DNA of 32,000 bases from Synechocystis sp. PCC 6803 substr. PCC-P (GCF_000284455.1 NC_017039.1:2610001-2642000); one strand, 5' to 3'; positions 1-10,352 are shown, numbered from the stretch's first letter. A program made the numbers and translations. The notes: generated by a model from the sequence alone, not told the origin.

Positions 1-542
1 TGCACATTGACCAAATCCCGAATTACTAGGCGGGGATCATATTCGGCACCCACTTGCAGAGGAACGGCCGCTTTGAGATATTGGCTGGGAATACCCAAAC
101 CGTAAATGCAACTGATGGAAGCTACCACAATTACATCCCGTCGTTCAAACAGAGAACGGGTGGCGGAGTGACGCAACATATCAATCTCATCGTTGATAGA
201 AGCCGTTTTTTCGATATAGGTATCGGTGACGGGAATATAGGCTTCTGGCTGGTAATAGTCGTAATAACTAATGAAGTATTCAACCGCGTTTTCGGGAAAA
301 AATTGCCGCAATTCATTACATAATTGGGCCGCCAAGGTTTTATTGTGGGCTAATACCAATGTTGGTCGTCCCAACTCCGCAATAACCGAAGCCATGGTGA
401 AGGTTTTCCCCGTTCCCGTTGCCCCCAGCAGGGTTTGAAACTTGTGCTCTCCCTGCAAAGACTCGATCAAACTGGCGATCGCCGTGGGTTGATCTCCGGT
501 AGGACGAAAGGGCGCATGGAGGGAAAAGAGGTCAGAAGTCAT
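1..542 (-). CDS. uvrB: Excinuclease ABC subunit B (UvrB), N-terminal part, runs off the left edge
   Basis: Minus strand reads [104 protein letters not shown], with the characteristic UvrB Walker A and [10 protein letters not shown]. Not in the ORF track because it is partial. Confidence 0.96.
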   Translation of the reverse strand, partial: MTSDLFSLHAPFRPTGDQPTAIASLIESLQGEHKFQTLLGATGTGKTFTMASVIAELGRPTLVLAHNKTLAAQLCNELRQFFPENAVEYFISYYDYYQPEAYIPVTDTYIEKTASINDEIDMLRHSATRSLFERRDVIVVASISCIYGLGIPSQYLKAAVPLQVGAEYDPRLVIRDLVNV

Positions 543-733
543 GGCGGCAAAGGAGCTATAGTCTGGGATAATAGGGCTGATTAAAGATAACTATCGTGGC
601 TGGCCATTCAGCGGTGTATCTTTGAAGACAAGCAGAGTAATGCTAACAAAACACGGTGGGTGGCCTGTCTGTCTCGCACAGTGCTTTATTGTTGATCAAT
701 TAATCGAATATTTATATTAAGGAGATAAACAGC

Positions 734-1144
734 ATGACTGAGGAACAGCAGGGGCCCAACACCACCCCCAACGAAGAAACCGCCAGCAAAACCACTGCCG
801 CTAACCGGAGCCGTCGTCCTAGAGCCGGTTCCAGCAAAGATGAGTCCGCCTTGGTGAAGCCCAAGCATATCGGTGGTCTTGATCTACTGCCTACCCCCAA
901 GGGCATGCCCACTAATCGACCGATTGAAGCCAGCAAGATCCATGTGGTAAGTACTTATGGTTCTATGGGAGCCACCAGACCAGTGGGGGCCAGCACCATG
1001 GAAGTGAGCAGTACCATGACCGTTTCCGGTAATCGCCCCATTGCCCTGAGCCATCTCCACATCAGCGAAATCACCGCTGGCAATCGTCCCGTAGCTTCCA
1101 ACGAGATTGATGATCCCAACACCCTGATGGGCTACCTGGATTAG
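734..1144 (+). CDS. Small cyanobacterial protein of unknown function with internal degenerate repeats
   Basis: 136-aa ORF with a purine-rich stretch (aaggagat) upstream of the ATG. The C-terminal half carries repeated (N/T)RP(I/V) units. Confidence 0.8.
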   Translation: MTEEQQGPNTTPNEETASKTTAANRSRRPRAGSSKDESALVKPKHIGGLDLLPTPKGMPTNRPIEASKIHVVSTYGSMGATRPVGASTMEVSSTMTVSGNRPIALSHLHISEITAGNRPVASNEIDDPNTLMGYLD

Positions 1145-1307
1145 TCTTGCGGTGGGAATTTTTGCTTTGTTCCCTTACCCTGAACTCCCATCTAGGCGAT
1201 CGCCAGGGGCATAGTTAATCAAAACAGGTCTACTAAAAATGAGCCTCCAGCTTCGGAAACTATGGCCGACTGGAGGTTTTCACTATCTAAATTGTCCAGG
1301 GAAAAAC

Positions 1308-1427
1308 CTAGGAACGGGTGATTTTGTCTTTTTGGCTGATGAAAATTAACCCGACGGTGGCGGGGATCAGCACAATGGCAGCCCCTAAAACCAGGCTCCA
1401 GAGAAAGTTTGCTAAAGAAGGGGTCAT
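1308..1427 (-). CDS. psbX: Photosystem II reaction centre protein PsbX, 39 aa
   Basis: Manual minus-strand translation from ATG at 1427 to TAG at 1308: [39 protein letters not shown]. Single TM helix, typical PsbX. Below the length cutoff of the ORF track. Confidence 0.93.
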
Positions 1428-1543
1428 ATCGCGTTAACCTCATTTTATAAAGACATCGCTCCCCATTCTATCGCCATCGGATGTCAAAGTTAGCCCGTTG
1501 AGGGCAGGATTGCTCCGGGGCCCAAGCCCCTAATTTTTAACCT

Positions 1544-2197
1544 ATGTCGGCTATGTCAGATTTGTCGAATAACTTGAGTTTTATTTCCCCCCCCGTTGCT
1601 TTAGGGAATATTCCCCAACCCCGCTGTTTATCCCTTGGGATAATGGCATCCGGTAGTGGTAGTAATTTTGAGGCGATCGCCAAGGCCATTAAGGAGGGAA
1701 AGTTAAATGCAGTGGTGAAACTGGTGATTTACAACAACCCTAATGCTGGGGTTAGGAAACGGGCCATGGACCATGGGGTGCCCCACCGATTACTCAACCA
1801 TCGGGACTACGACAGCCGGGAAGATTTGGATCAAGATATTGTTGAGCATTTTCGCCAAGCAGGGGTGGAATGGGTGATCATGGCCGGGTGGATGCGTATT
1901 GTCACTCCAGTACTATTAGATGCTTTTAGCCGTCGGGTGTTGAATATCCACCCCAGTTTATTGCCTAGTTTTCGAGGTGTGCGGGCTGTGGAACAGGCCT
2001 TGGCGGCGGGGGTGAAAGTGAGTGGTTGCACAGTCCATTATGCCGAAGCAACGGTGGATAGTGGCCCCATTGTGGCCCAGGCGGTAGTGCCCATTCTGGC
2101 TGATGATACGGGGGAGACTCTCCATCAACGCATTCAAGTCCAAGAACATCGCCTCTTTCCCCTGGCGATCGCCCTTGCCGCCCAGCAAAGCCCATGA
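1544..2197 (+). CDS. purN: Phosphoribosylglycinamide formyltransferase
   Basis: Motifs LGIMASGSGSNFEAI, MAGWMRIVTPVLLDAF, NIHPSLLPSFRG, VSGCTVHYAEATVDSGPIVAQAVVPI are diagnostic for PurN. Confidence 0.96.
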   Translation: MSAMSDLSNNLSFISPPVALGNIPQPRCLSLGIMASGSGSNFEAIAKAIKEGKLNAVVKLVIYNNPNAGVRKRAMDHGVPHRLLNHRDYDSREDLDQDIVEHFRQAGVEWVIMAGWMRIVTPVLLDAFSRRVLNIHPSLLPSFRGVRAVEQALAAGVKVSGCTVHYAEATVDSGPIVAQAVVPILADDTGETLHQRIQVQEHRLFPLAIALAAQQSP

Positions 2198-2916
2198 CTG
2201 CCCCCTATTTTTCCCTCAGCCAAGGTCACCTGCAACTGTTGAGTGTTTGTCCGCCCCAATTTCAACGGCGTTATTGGGAACAGTTGGGCGGTTTACTAGA
2301 ACCCCAGCGCCAGGTCAAAACGGAATGGGGCCAAAATTTTCACCAACTGGTTCAACAATGGACTTTGGGTTTGCCCTTGGAAACTTTAGCAGCCCAGAGC
2401 CTTGACCCCCAGGACGTTAGCCTACTGGATTCCCTAAAAAATTTAATTGCCACAGTGCCGGCGCTCCACCTCCCCCCCGGCCAAAGGCAGGCTGAACATC
2501 AACGCACCCTAGCCAGGGATGATGTTTTATTGACAGTAGTCTATGACCTGTTGGTGCTCACCCCGGAGCAGGGGGAAATTTTTGATTGGAAAACCTATCC
2601 CCAGCCGGCCAAACCGGAAAAACTCCACCACCATTGGCAGACTAAGCTTTACCTGTACGTGTTGGCAGAAACTAGTTCCTATTCCCCCGAACAGTTATCC
2701 ATGACCTATTGGTTTGTGCAGTCACCGGAAAAAATTCAGCACTATACCATTACTTACAACGAAGCTCAGCACCGGGCCACTGAAAGGGAGTTAACCGATT
2801 TGCTCCAGCAATTTCGTCAAGGATTAGCCGCTTGGCATCGACACCGTACCCCCCTGGCCCACCGACATAATTGTAACCGTTGTCCCTACCACGACCAGTT
2901 TTTTCCACCAGACTAG
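2194..2916 (+). CDS. PD-(D/E)XK / RecB-Cas4-like nuclease family protein (putative)
   Basis: Contains VVYDLLV...IFDWKT...QTKLYLYVL, consistent with the D / (D/E)xK / QxxxY core, and a C-terminal CNRCPY. ATGA overlap with purN. Confidence 0.65.
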   Translation: MTAPYFSLSQGHLQLLSVCPPQFQRRYWEQLGGLLEPQRQVKTEWGQNFHQLVQQWTLGLPLETLAAQSLDPQDVSLLDSLKNLIATVPALHLPPGQRQAEHQRTLARDDVLLTVVYDLLVLTPEQGEIFDWKTYPQPAKPEKLHHHWQTKLYLYVLAETSSYSPEQLSMTYWFVQSPEKIQHYTITYNEAQHRATERELTDLLQQFRQGLAAWHRHRTPLAHRHNCNRCPYHDQFFPPD

Positions 2917-2920
2917 TTAT

Positions 2921-4426
2921 TTGCCCATGACTTTTAGTGAAGAATTTGAATTACTATTGCGGGCCTGTTATCCCCTGCTCTACATTCCCACCCAGGAAGA
3001 AGAACGACTGGAAATGGCGATCGCCAGCAGTGCCCAGAGGTTGGGCAATCGCTCAGTTTACTATTGGGATTTTGTAGAAGGGTACCAGGGCAACCCCAAC
3101 GGAGCCAATGTGGGCCGCCGCAATCCCCTCCAAGCCTTGGAATTTATCGAAAAATTACCCGCCAGTAGTAATGGCATTTTTGTCCTGCGGGATTTTAATC
3201 GTTTTCTAGACGACGTTTCCATTTCCCGAAAACTACGCAACCTTGCTCGCCGTCTCAAGGCCGAAGCTAAAAATCTTGTCATTGTCGCACCCCAAATCTA
3301 CATCCCCAATGAGTTGGCCGAAATCATTACGGTGATGGATTTTCCTCTGCCCAGTAGTGCCGAAATTCAAGGAGAAATTGAACGGTTGTTGACGGGTTTG
3401 GGACAAAAAGTAGAGTCTTCCCTGCGAGATGAGTGGAGTCGCGCAGCCCAAGGTTTATCCATGGAAAGAATTCGGCGGGTGTTGGCCCGTTGCCTAGCAG
3501 ACCATGGCCAGTTGGGGGCAGACGATGTGGAATTGATGCTAGAAGAAAAACGTCAATCCATCCGCCAAACCCAAATTCTTGATTTTTATCCCGCCAGTGA
3601 ACGCATCAGCGACATTGGAGGCCTAGATAATCTCAAGGACTGGTTGCTCCGGCGGGGAGGAGCCTTTAGTGAGCAAGCCCGTCGTTACGGTTTACCTTAT
3701 CCCCGGGGTTTACTACTGGCCGGCATCCAAGGCACTGGCAAATCCCTCACCGCTAAGGCGATCGCCCACCATTGGCATTTACCGTTGTTAAGGTTGGATG
3801 TGGGCCGATTATTTGGCGGTTTGGTAGGAGAATCGGAAGCCCGCACCAGGCAGATGATCAACCTCGCGGAAGCGTTAGCCCCCTGTGTGTTTTGGATTGA
3901 CGAAATTGATAAAGCCTTTGGGAGCATGGACAGTCACGGGGATGGGGGCACCACCAGCAGAGTGTTTGGGGCTTTCATTACCTGGTTGGCGGAAAAAACT
4001 TCCCCCGTCTTTGTGGTGGCCACCGCTAACAATGTCCAGAGTCTGCCGCCGGAACTGTTGCGGAAAGGTCGCTTTGACGAAATTTTCTTTGTGGGACTGC
4101 CCAATAAAACAGAAAGGGAGGCCATTTTTTCTGTGCATCTTAACCGTTTGCGACCCCATAAAATGGCTGATTACGATATCCACCGCCTGGCCTACGAAAC
4201 CCCAGACTTTTCCGGAGCAGAAATTGAGCAAATTTTGGTGGAAGCGATGCACATTGGCTTTAGCCAGAATCGGGAATTTACCACCGATGACATTCTTTCC
4301 GCCGCGAGCCAAGTGGTGCCCTTAGCTCGCACCGCCAAAGAACAAATCCAATTTTTGCAGGAGTGGGCCGCCGCTGGTAAAGCCCGTTTAGCCTCCAGGG
4401 ACAGCGGTTTTCCCGCCATTAGTTAA
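2921..4426 (+). CDS. ycf46: AAA+ ATPase, Ycf46-like
   Basis: Walker A GIQGTGKS, Walker [42 protein letters not shown], plus the long N-terminal domain typical of Ycf46. Confidence 0.88.
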   Translation: MPMTFSEEFELLLRACYPLLYIPTQEEERLEMAIASSAQRLGNRSVYYWDFVEGYQGNPNGANVGRRNPLQALEFIEKLPASSNGIFVLRDFNRFLDDVSISRKLRNLARRLKAEAKNLVIVAPQIYIPNELAEIITVMDFPLPSSAEIQGEIERLLTGLGQKVESSLRDEWSRAAQGLSMERIRRVLARCLADHGQLGADDVELMLEEKRQSIRQTQILDFYPASERISDIGGLDNLKDWLLRRGGAFSEQARRYGLPYPRGLLLAGIQGTGKSLTAKAIAHHWHLPLLRLDVGRLFGGLVGESEARTRQMINLAEALAPCVFWIDEIDKAFGSMDSHGDGGTTSRVFGAFITWLAEKTSPVFVVATANNVQSLPPELLRKGRFDEIFFVGLPNKTEREAIFSVHLNRLRPHKMADYDIHRLAYETPDFSGAEIEQILVEAMHIGFSQNREFTTDDILSAASQVVPLARTAKEQIQFLQEWAAAGKARLASRDSGFPAIS

Positions 4427-4450
4427 CCATTCATCCCGTTATTACTTGCC

Positions 4451-5209
4451 ATGGCCAGTTCCCCCAGACCCACTGAACAAACCAAACAATTTTTTCAGCA
4501 ATGGCAAACCTATCAGCAGTTGGTTGACCACAATTACATGGCCCATCGGCAAATTCACCAGGCGGTGGGGGCTTTGATTCAACAACAGTTCGATCGCCCG
4601 TTTGATTTTTTGGACCTTGGCTGTGGGGATGCCCAGGCGATCGCCAAAACTTTGACGGGGAGTAAAATCAATTCCTATACAGGGGTAGATTTATCCCCCA
4701 ATGCCCTGGCCCTAGCCCAGAAAAATTTGGACCCTTTTCGACAGGTGGAGCTAAGGGAAACGGATTTTTTGACCTATCTGGGTGAAGCCAACCAAACCGC
4801 CCCAGCCAGCTTTGATCTGATTCACGTCGGTTTTTCTTTGCACCATCTGCTCCCAGAAGAAAAGGAACAATTTTTTGCCCATTGCTTTTCTCTGCTGCGC
4901 CCTGGGGGATGCCTAGTTATCTACGACGTTTTTCGTCAGCCCGAGCAAAATCGACAGCAGTATATTGAAGCCTATTTAGCTAAGGCCGAAAGTCAATGGA
5001 CTGCCCTTGCCCCCGACCAACTCCAGGCGATCGCTGCCCATATAAAGGAGTGCGATTTCCCCGAATTGGTGGCTACCATGGCAGAAATTGGCCAAAAAGT
5101 AGGATTTATACCACCCCAAGTCCTCTTTACTGAGCCTAGGGGTTTCCACCACTGCTTTGCCTTTGCCATTAGTCAAAGTGGAAAAGCCCTGGCCCAAGAC
5201 GGGGTGTAA
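4451..5209 (+). CDS. SAM-dependent methyltransferase
   Basis: FLDLGCGDAQAIAKTL motif I, DLIHVGFSLHHL, CLVIYDVFR; class I methyltransferase. Confidence 0.85.
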   Translation: MASSPRPTEQTKQFFQQWQTYQQLVDHNYMAHRQIHQAVGALIQQQFDRPFDFLDLGCGDAQAIAKTLTGSKINSYTGVDLSPNALALAQKNLDPFRQVELRETDFLTYLGEANQTAPASFDLIHVGFSLHHLLPEEKEQFFAHCFSLLRPGGCLVIYDVFRQPEQNRQQYIEAYLAKAESQWTALAPDQLQAIAAHIKECDFPELVATMAEIGQKVGFIPPQVLFTEPRGFHHCFAFAISQSGKALAQDGV

Positions 5210-5266
5210 AAAGCAATTTTCCGATAATATGGGCAGAAGCTAAACAGTGCCCCAATATGGGAAGCT

Positions 5267-5716
5267 GTGGGCCGTAAACATTCAATCCGAATAATAAAGG
5301 ACTGGTTGAAGATGGAAGAACAAAAGACAGCAACTGCCGGGATTAAAACCGATGTAGGACCAATCACTACTCCCAATCCCCAAAAGTCCCCAATCACCGA
5401 CCAGGCTTGGCAGGAATGGCTACAACCGGTGTGGGAAGTGCTGGGTAAAATTCCTCAAATGACCGGGGAGTTTTTCGAGGACAACAAGCAACCCCTCATT
5501 TCCCTGGGCATAATCCTGTTGGGCATTATCAGCGTCAAAATCTTGATTGCTGTGCTCGATGCCATTAATGATATTCCTTTATTGGCACCAACTTTACAGT
5601 TGATCGGCATGGGCTACACCGCTTGGTTTATCTGGCGTTACCTTTGGAAAGCTGAAAAGCGCCAAGAGTTGGCTTCCGAATTTGGTGCACTAAAGGAGCA
5701 AATTTTTGGCGGTTAG
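5267..5716 (+). CDS. curT: CurT/CURT1-like CAAD-domain thylakoid membrane protein (start may be internal at 5312)
   Basis: CAAD-domain layout: hydrophilic N-terminus, amphipathic segment, two TM helices (ISLGIILLGIISVKILIAVLDAI / LLAPTLQLIGMGYTAWFIWRYL) and a C-terminal helix. Confidence 0.85.
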   Translation: MGRKHSIRIIKDWLKMEEQKTATAGIKTDVGPITTPNPQKSPITDQAWQEWLQPVWEVLGKIPQMTGEFFEDNKQPLISLGIILLGIISVKILIAVLDAINDIPLLAPTLQLIGMGYTAWFIWRYLWKAEKRQELASEFGALKEQIFGG

Positions 5717-5893
5717 TGTCTCCAGACCGCCCCAGCCTCTTTTTCCTGCGCCTATCCTCCGGGTTTGATGTTCGGGGGATTTTTTCTGGCCCATGACCAA
5801 CCGTCCCGTCCCATCGGTGTGGGATAGTTCTCCCTTCATTGGTATTCTAGGAGTTAGTTTTTCGCCATTCTTCCTCCCCTTTTTTCAGGAGCG

Positions 5894-7921
5894 ATGAGCA
5901 ACTCCCCGTCTGTTCTTACAGAGCTATTGCAGGCTTTACCCAATCTGCGGGCCCAAACCTACTTCAAGTCTTCCCTCACGGCCTTGTCCCACGCCATGGA
6001 AGACCAGGTACTAGCGGAAAGTACAGCGGGCAATCCCCTGATCATTGCGGCTTTTCAGCGGGAGAGATTTTATCGTCAAGAAGCCCACCGTTATCGACGT
6101 ATTGCCGATAAGAGCAGTCAGGTTTACGTGCTCTCCGCTCCGGAGACGGAATTTAAACACAACTCCGGCATTTACGAAACCATTGCCTTTACTCCTGAAG
6201 ACAGCCTCGCCCAGGAATGGCATTTGATTGTCATTGGCGATCGTTATGCCAGTTGTCTAATTTGTCGAGAACGACCGACCCAGGATAAATGGGATAGTAA
6301 CCGCCGTTTTGAAGGTGTTTGGACCTTTGATCGCCAGGTGAGTCGAGTTGCAGCCCAACTATTGCTACAACGGATTTTAGCCTACCGTCCAGAGTTACAA
6401 GCCAAAATCGAGGAGGCGACCCAAACCTGGCTCCAGCCTTCCTGCACTGTTCCCCCCCGGGGCATTGACGATAACCCTGATCCCTTTGTACAACGGTTAA
6501 TCACCTATCTCCAAGCTGGACAGTATAAGTTAATCAAAGCCAATCGTAATTTGCAGGACAAAGAAGAGCGGGAGAGACTGCTTAACTCCATCACAGGGGC
6601 GGTGCGACGTTCCCTTGATCCCGAGGAAATTATGCAGGTGGCGGTGGAAAAACTAGGCCAAGGTTTGGGCATTTGCCGTTGTGTGATTTACCGCTGTAGT
6701 GCTGATGATACAGTGGCGACCATTAACCATGAATTCCTCGGTAGCGGTGTTGGTTCCATCAAGGGTTATCCCTGGCCCCTCAAAGATAATCCCCTTTTTC
6801 AGGAGGTGGTGGTCCTCAAGGAGGCGATCGCCATCGACAACATCGACCGAGATCCAAGGTTAGGGGAACCGGAGCCTTCTACGGGGGAAGTGAAAACCCT
6901 GGTGAAGAGTTGTGCCATTCTGTCCTGGATGTTAGTGCCAATTTTTTATCGGGAAAGGTTGCTGGGCATGATGGAATTTCACCACTGTGGTCCTGCCCCC
7001 ACGGAGTGGGAGGACGATGCCCTTACCCTAGTGGAAGGGGTGGCCACCCAAATTGGGGTAGCACTGATCCAAGCAGAATCCTATGCCAACCTACAGGAAT
7101 TGAATGAGCAATTAGCTGCCCTAGACCGCACTCGGTCTAACCTGGTGGCCATTACAGGGCATGAACTACGCACCCCCCTTTCCACTATCCAAGTGTGTTT
7201 GGAAAGCCTGGCCACGGAGCCGGATATGCCCCAGGAATTGAGACAGGTAATGTTGAACACTGCCCTGGAAGATGCGGAGAGGATGCGCAAACTGGTGCAG
7301 GACTTTCTCACGCTATCTCAACTGGAAAGTGGACGAGTGGAATGGAACGCAGAGCCAATTTCCCTAGAAGAATGTGTGGAGCTTTCCTTGAGCCATATCC
7401 GAGCCCACAATCGGGGCCAGGAAGTACCTGTCATTGTCAATCAGGTGAATGGCGAAACTCCCATGGTGGAGGCGGACGGGGAATGGTTAGTGGAATTGTT
7501 GACCAAGCTTTTGGATAACGCCATCAAGTTTACCCCCACCAATGGTAGGATTTCCATCGCTGTCGATCGCCCGAATCCGTCCCAATTGGAAGTCACCATC
7601 ACCGATACAGGGCGAGGTATTGAGCCTAACCGCTTGGAAACCGTGTTTGACCGTTTTTACCAAGAAGAAGGAGCTTTACGCCGCAGTCGGGGGGGCACTG
7701 GCATTGGCCTGGCCATCTGTCGCCAAATTGTTAGCGGTTGGGGAGGGGAAATCTGGGCCGCTTCCGATGGCAAAAACCATGGCACCCAGTTCCATTTCAC
7801 CGTTCCTATTGTTATGCCGGAAAATCCAAATCTTGGCGTGGAAGAAGTTGCCCCGAAAAAGCGTAAAGCAACCTCCCCCCGCATTGCATCCCGGAGCAAA
7901 AAGAAACAGAAGTTTTCCTGA
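5894..7921 (+). CDS. Sensor histidine kinase: N-terminal DICT domain, GAF domain, HisKA, HATPase_c
   Basis: H-box ITGHELRTPLSTIQ, N-box LLDNAIKF, G-boxes ITDTGRGIEP and GTGIGLAICRQIV. Central GAF-like region LGQGLGICRCVIY...LLGMMEFHHCGP. Confidence 0.9.
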   Translation: MSNSPSVLTELLQALPNLRAQTYFKSSLTALSHAMEDQVLAESTAGNPLIIAAFQRERFYRQEAHRYRRIADKSSQVYVLSAPETEFKHNSGIYETIAFTPEDSLAQEWHLIVIGDRYASCLICRERPTQDKWDSNRRFEGVWTFDRQVSRVAAQLLLQRILAYRPELQAKIEEATQTWLQPSCTVPPRGIDDNPDPFVQRLITYLQAGQYKLIKANRNLQDKEERERLLNSITGAVRRSLDPEEIMQVAVEKLGQGLGICRCVIYRCSADDTVATINHEFLGSGVGSIKGYPWPLKDNPLFQEVVVLKEAIAIDNIDRDPRLGEPEPSTGEVKTLVKSCAILSWMLVPIFYRERLLGMMEFHHCGPAPTEWEDDALTLVEGVATQIGVALIQAESYANLQELNEQLAALDRTRSNLVAITGHELRTPLSTIQVCLESLATEPDMPQELRQVMLNTALEDAERMRKLVQDFLTLSQLESGRVEWNAEPISLEECVELSLSHIRAHNRGQEVPVIVNQVNGETPMVEADGEWLVELLTKLLDNAIKFTPTNGRISIAVDRPNPSQLEVTITDTGRGIEPNRLETVFDRFYQEEGALRRSRGGTGIGLAICRQIVSGWGGEIWAASDGKNHGTQFHFTVPIVMPENPNLGVEEVAPKKRKATSPRIASRSKKKQKFS

Positions 7922-7997
7922 TTTATCCTAAAAAATAGCCCTTACCTTTACCGAATATCTGCCATCCCCCGACGATGGCACCAGTTTTAGTCCCCGT

Positions 7998-8489
7998 ATG
8001 GAGTTTAAAAATTTTTTCGATGCTCTGCCCCTTGGTGTTTTCGTTGTCGATGCCCAGGGACGACCAGTCTATGCCAACCTCGCCGCCATTGAGCTCCTAG
8101 GCAAAGGCCTCTGGCCCGAAGCGGCGATCGACCGGTTAAACGATATTTACCAAGCCTATCAAATCGGCACAAATCAACTTTATCCCCTCACAGAACAACC
8201 TTTGCTTAGGGCTCTCCAGGGAGAATCCCATCAGGTGGATGACATGGAAATCCGCCAGGGGGGACAAATTATTCCCTTGGAGGTGACGGGAACTCCCATT
8301 TTTGATCAGCAGGGCCAACTGCAATACGCCATGGTGGTGTTAAGGGATCTACGCGATCGCCAACGGAGAAATGAACGGCAGATTGCTTTGCAACAGGATT
8401 TACTGCGGCGTAACCAGGGGCTGGTGCAAGAAAATGCCACTCTGAAGCGTAAATTAGCGATGTTGGAGGCTCGATTGGAAGCCAGTTAA
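7998..8489 (+). CDS. PAS-domain protein with C-terminal coiled coil
   Basis: FFDALPLGVFVVDAQGRPVYANLAAIELLGKG...PLEVTGTPIFDQQGQLQYAMVVLRDLRDRQ, a PAS fold. It lies 76 bp downstream of the kinase. Confidence 0.85.
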   Translation: MEFKNFFDALPLGVFVVDAQGRPVYANLAAIELLGKGLWPEAAIDRLNDIYQAYQIGTNQLYPLTEQPLLRALQGESHQVDDMEIRQGGQIIPLEVTGTPIFDQQGQLQYAMVVLRDLRDRQRRNERQIALQQDLLRRNQGLVQENATLKRKLAMLEARLEAS

Positions 8490-8624
8490 AACCAATGCAG
8501 TTGCAAGCCTGACAACCCAAGCCGAGCTTATGGAGTCCTTGCTATCCCCTTTGATTGGGGAAACATTAGGCCGTGCCACCGTTCTTCCTAGATAATGGCC
8601 CCTTGATCTATTGGAATCTAGCCT

Positions 8625-10226
8625 GTGTCTCCGTCTGGTAAATCGTCCCGTTCCTTAGCTAATATCGCTGGCATTGTGGCGATCGCCACCTTGATCAGTA
8701 AGGTTTTTGGTTTATTGCGTGAACAAATCATCGCCGCCGCCTTTGGGGTGGGGACGGTGGTGACGGCCTACGCCTATGCCTACGTGATTCCGGGTTTTCT
8801 CTTTATACTTCTTGGGGGCATTAATGGCCCATTCCACAGTGCCTTGGTTAGTGTACTGTCCAAACGAGATCGGGAAGAGGCGGCACCCTTGGTGGAAACC
8901 GTTACCACCCTGGTCAGTGGGGTGTTGCTTGGGGTAACCATCATTTTGGTACTGGGGGCGGGCATATTCATTGACCTGCTGGCGCCGGGGTTAGAACCGG
9001 AAACCAGACGCATGGCGGTGCAACAGTTACAAATCATGGCTCCCATGGCCCTACTTTCGGGGTTAATTGGCATTGGCTTTGGGACTTTAAATGCGGCAGA
9101 TCAGTACCTATTGCCCAGTATTAGCCCTTTGCTTTCCAGTATTACCGTCATTCTGGGTTTAGGGGTCGCAGTCTGGCAATTGGGACAGCAACTAAACACA
9201 GAACCCTATTGGCTATTGGGTTCTCTCCTATTAGCAGGGGGAACCACCGCTGGAGCCGTGTTGCAATGGTTGGCTCAGATTGTGCCCCAGGCCAAAGCGG
9301 GTATGGGTAAATTGCGGCTGAGGTTTAATTTTGCCCTGCCGGGAGTAAAGGAAGTTTTGCAGGTGATGATTCCGGCCACCCTGTCTTCAGGGATGTTGTA
9401 TATCAACTTTGCCACCAACCTGTTTTTTGCTTCCTTTATTCCCAATGCGGCGGCCGCCATGCGTTATGGCAATTTTGTCGCCCTCACTCCCCTGGGCATT
9501 ATTTCCAATATGATTTTGGTGCCCTTTTTGCCGGTATTTTCCCGCTTAGCCGATCCCCAGGATTGGCCAGAATTAAAACTCCGTATCCGCCAGGGCATCA
9601 TGTTAAGCGCCCTGACCATGTTTCCCCTCACAGCTATTTTGGTGGGGTTAGCCATTCCCATTGTCCAGGTTATCTATGAGCGGGGGGCTTTTGATGCAGA
9701 GGCGGCGGCAGAGGTGGCTCCAGTGTTGGCAGCCTACGGTTTAGGCATGTTTTTCTACCTTGGTCGAGATGTTTTGGTGCGGGTATTTTATGCTCTGGGC
9801 GATGGGAACAGTCCTTTCAAAGTAAGCCTATTTAATATTTTTCTGAATGGTTTATTGGATTACCTCTTCTATAAGCCCTTTGGCACCGTGGGTATTGTCA
9901 TGGCAACGGTGGGGGTAAATCTTTTTTCCATGACTATTTTTATTTGGATGCTGAACCGTCGCCTAGCCGGTCTAAGTTTGGGGGGCTGGGCCATGGACCT
10001 GGGTAAACTGGTGGGTGTTACGGCGATCGCCAGTGTGGCTGGCTGGCAGGGGAGTGTGCTGTGGCAGAGACTTTGGGGGGTGAATAGCCTGGTGGAGAAT
10101 ATCCTGGAAGTGCTCACCATGTCCAGCATTATCCTAGTAGTGTTCACTGTGGGAGTGGCCTTGGCTAAAGTACCGGAGGTGGATTTACTAGGCGATCGCC
10201 TGTGGAAAAAATTCAAAAGGGTTTAG
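8625..10226 (+). CDS. murJ: Lipid II flippase MurJ (MviN)
   Basis: SLANIAGIVAIATLISKVFGLLREQIIAAAFG plus the 14-TM MviN architecture. Confidence 0.94.
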   Translation: MSPSGKSSRSLANIAGIVAIATLISKVFGLLREQIIAAAFGVGTVVTAYAYAYVIPGFLFILLGGINGPFHSALVSVLSKRDREEAAPLVETVTTLVSGVLLGVTIILVLGAGIFIDLLAPGLEPETRRMAVQQLQIMAPMALLSGLIGIGFGTLNAADQYLLPSISPLLSSITVILGLGVAVWQLGQQLNTEPYWLLGSLLLAGGTTAGAVLQWLAQIVPQAKAGMGKLRLRFNFALPGVKEVLQVMIPATLSSGMLYINFATNLFFASFIPNAAAAMRYGNFVALTPLGIISNMILVPFLPVFSRLADPQDWPELKLRIRQGIMLSALTMFPLTAILVGLAIPIVQVIYERGAFDAEAAAEVAPVLAAYGLGMFFYLGRDVLVRVFYALGDGNSPFKVSLFNIFLNGLLDYLFYKPFGTVGIVMATVGVNLFSMTIFIWMLNRRLAGLSLGGWAMDLGKLVGVTAIASVAGWQGSVLWQRLWGVNSLVENILEVLTMSSIILVVFTVGVALAKVPEVDLLGDRLWKKFKRV

Positions 10227-10352
10227 GCAGCAAAGAAATTTTCCCAAGGGCAATGAAAGAGTTAGGTTTTTTAGATGTTCCAGCACAGATCAATATTGTT
10301 ACTATCAACCTCTCGGTCAGTACTATCTGCTTGAAGTAGCTAGAATGATGCC

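Noticed and set aside
3875-4325. Long overlapping ORFs on both strands (3875..4312 minus, 3885..4325 plus) within the Ycf46-like gene
   Set aside because: They fully overlap a well-supported AAA+ domain in other frames and show no recognisable motifs; they look like shadow ORFs.
7542-7931. 129-aa plus-strand ORF inside the histidine kinase gene
   Set aside because: Out of frame with the conserved HATPase domain and without domain-like features; considered a shadow ORF.
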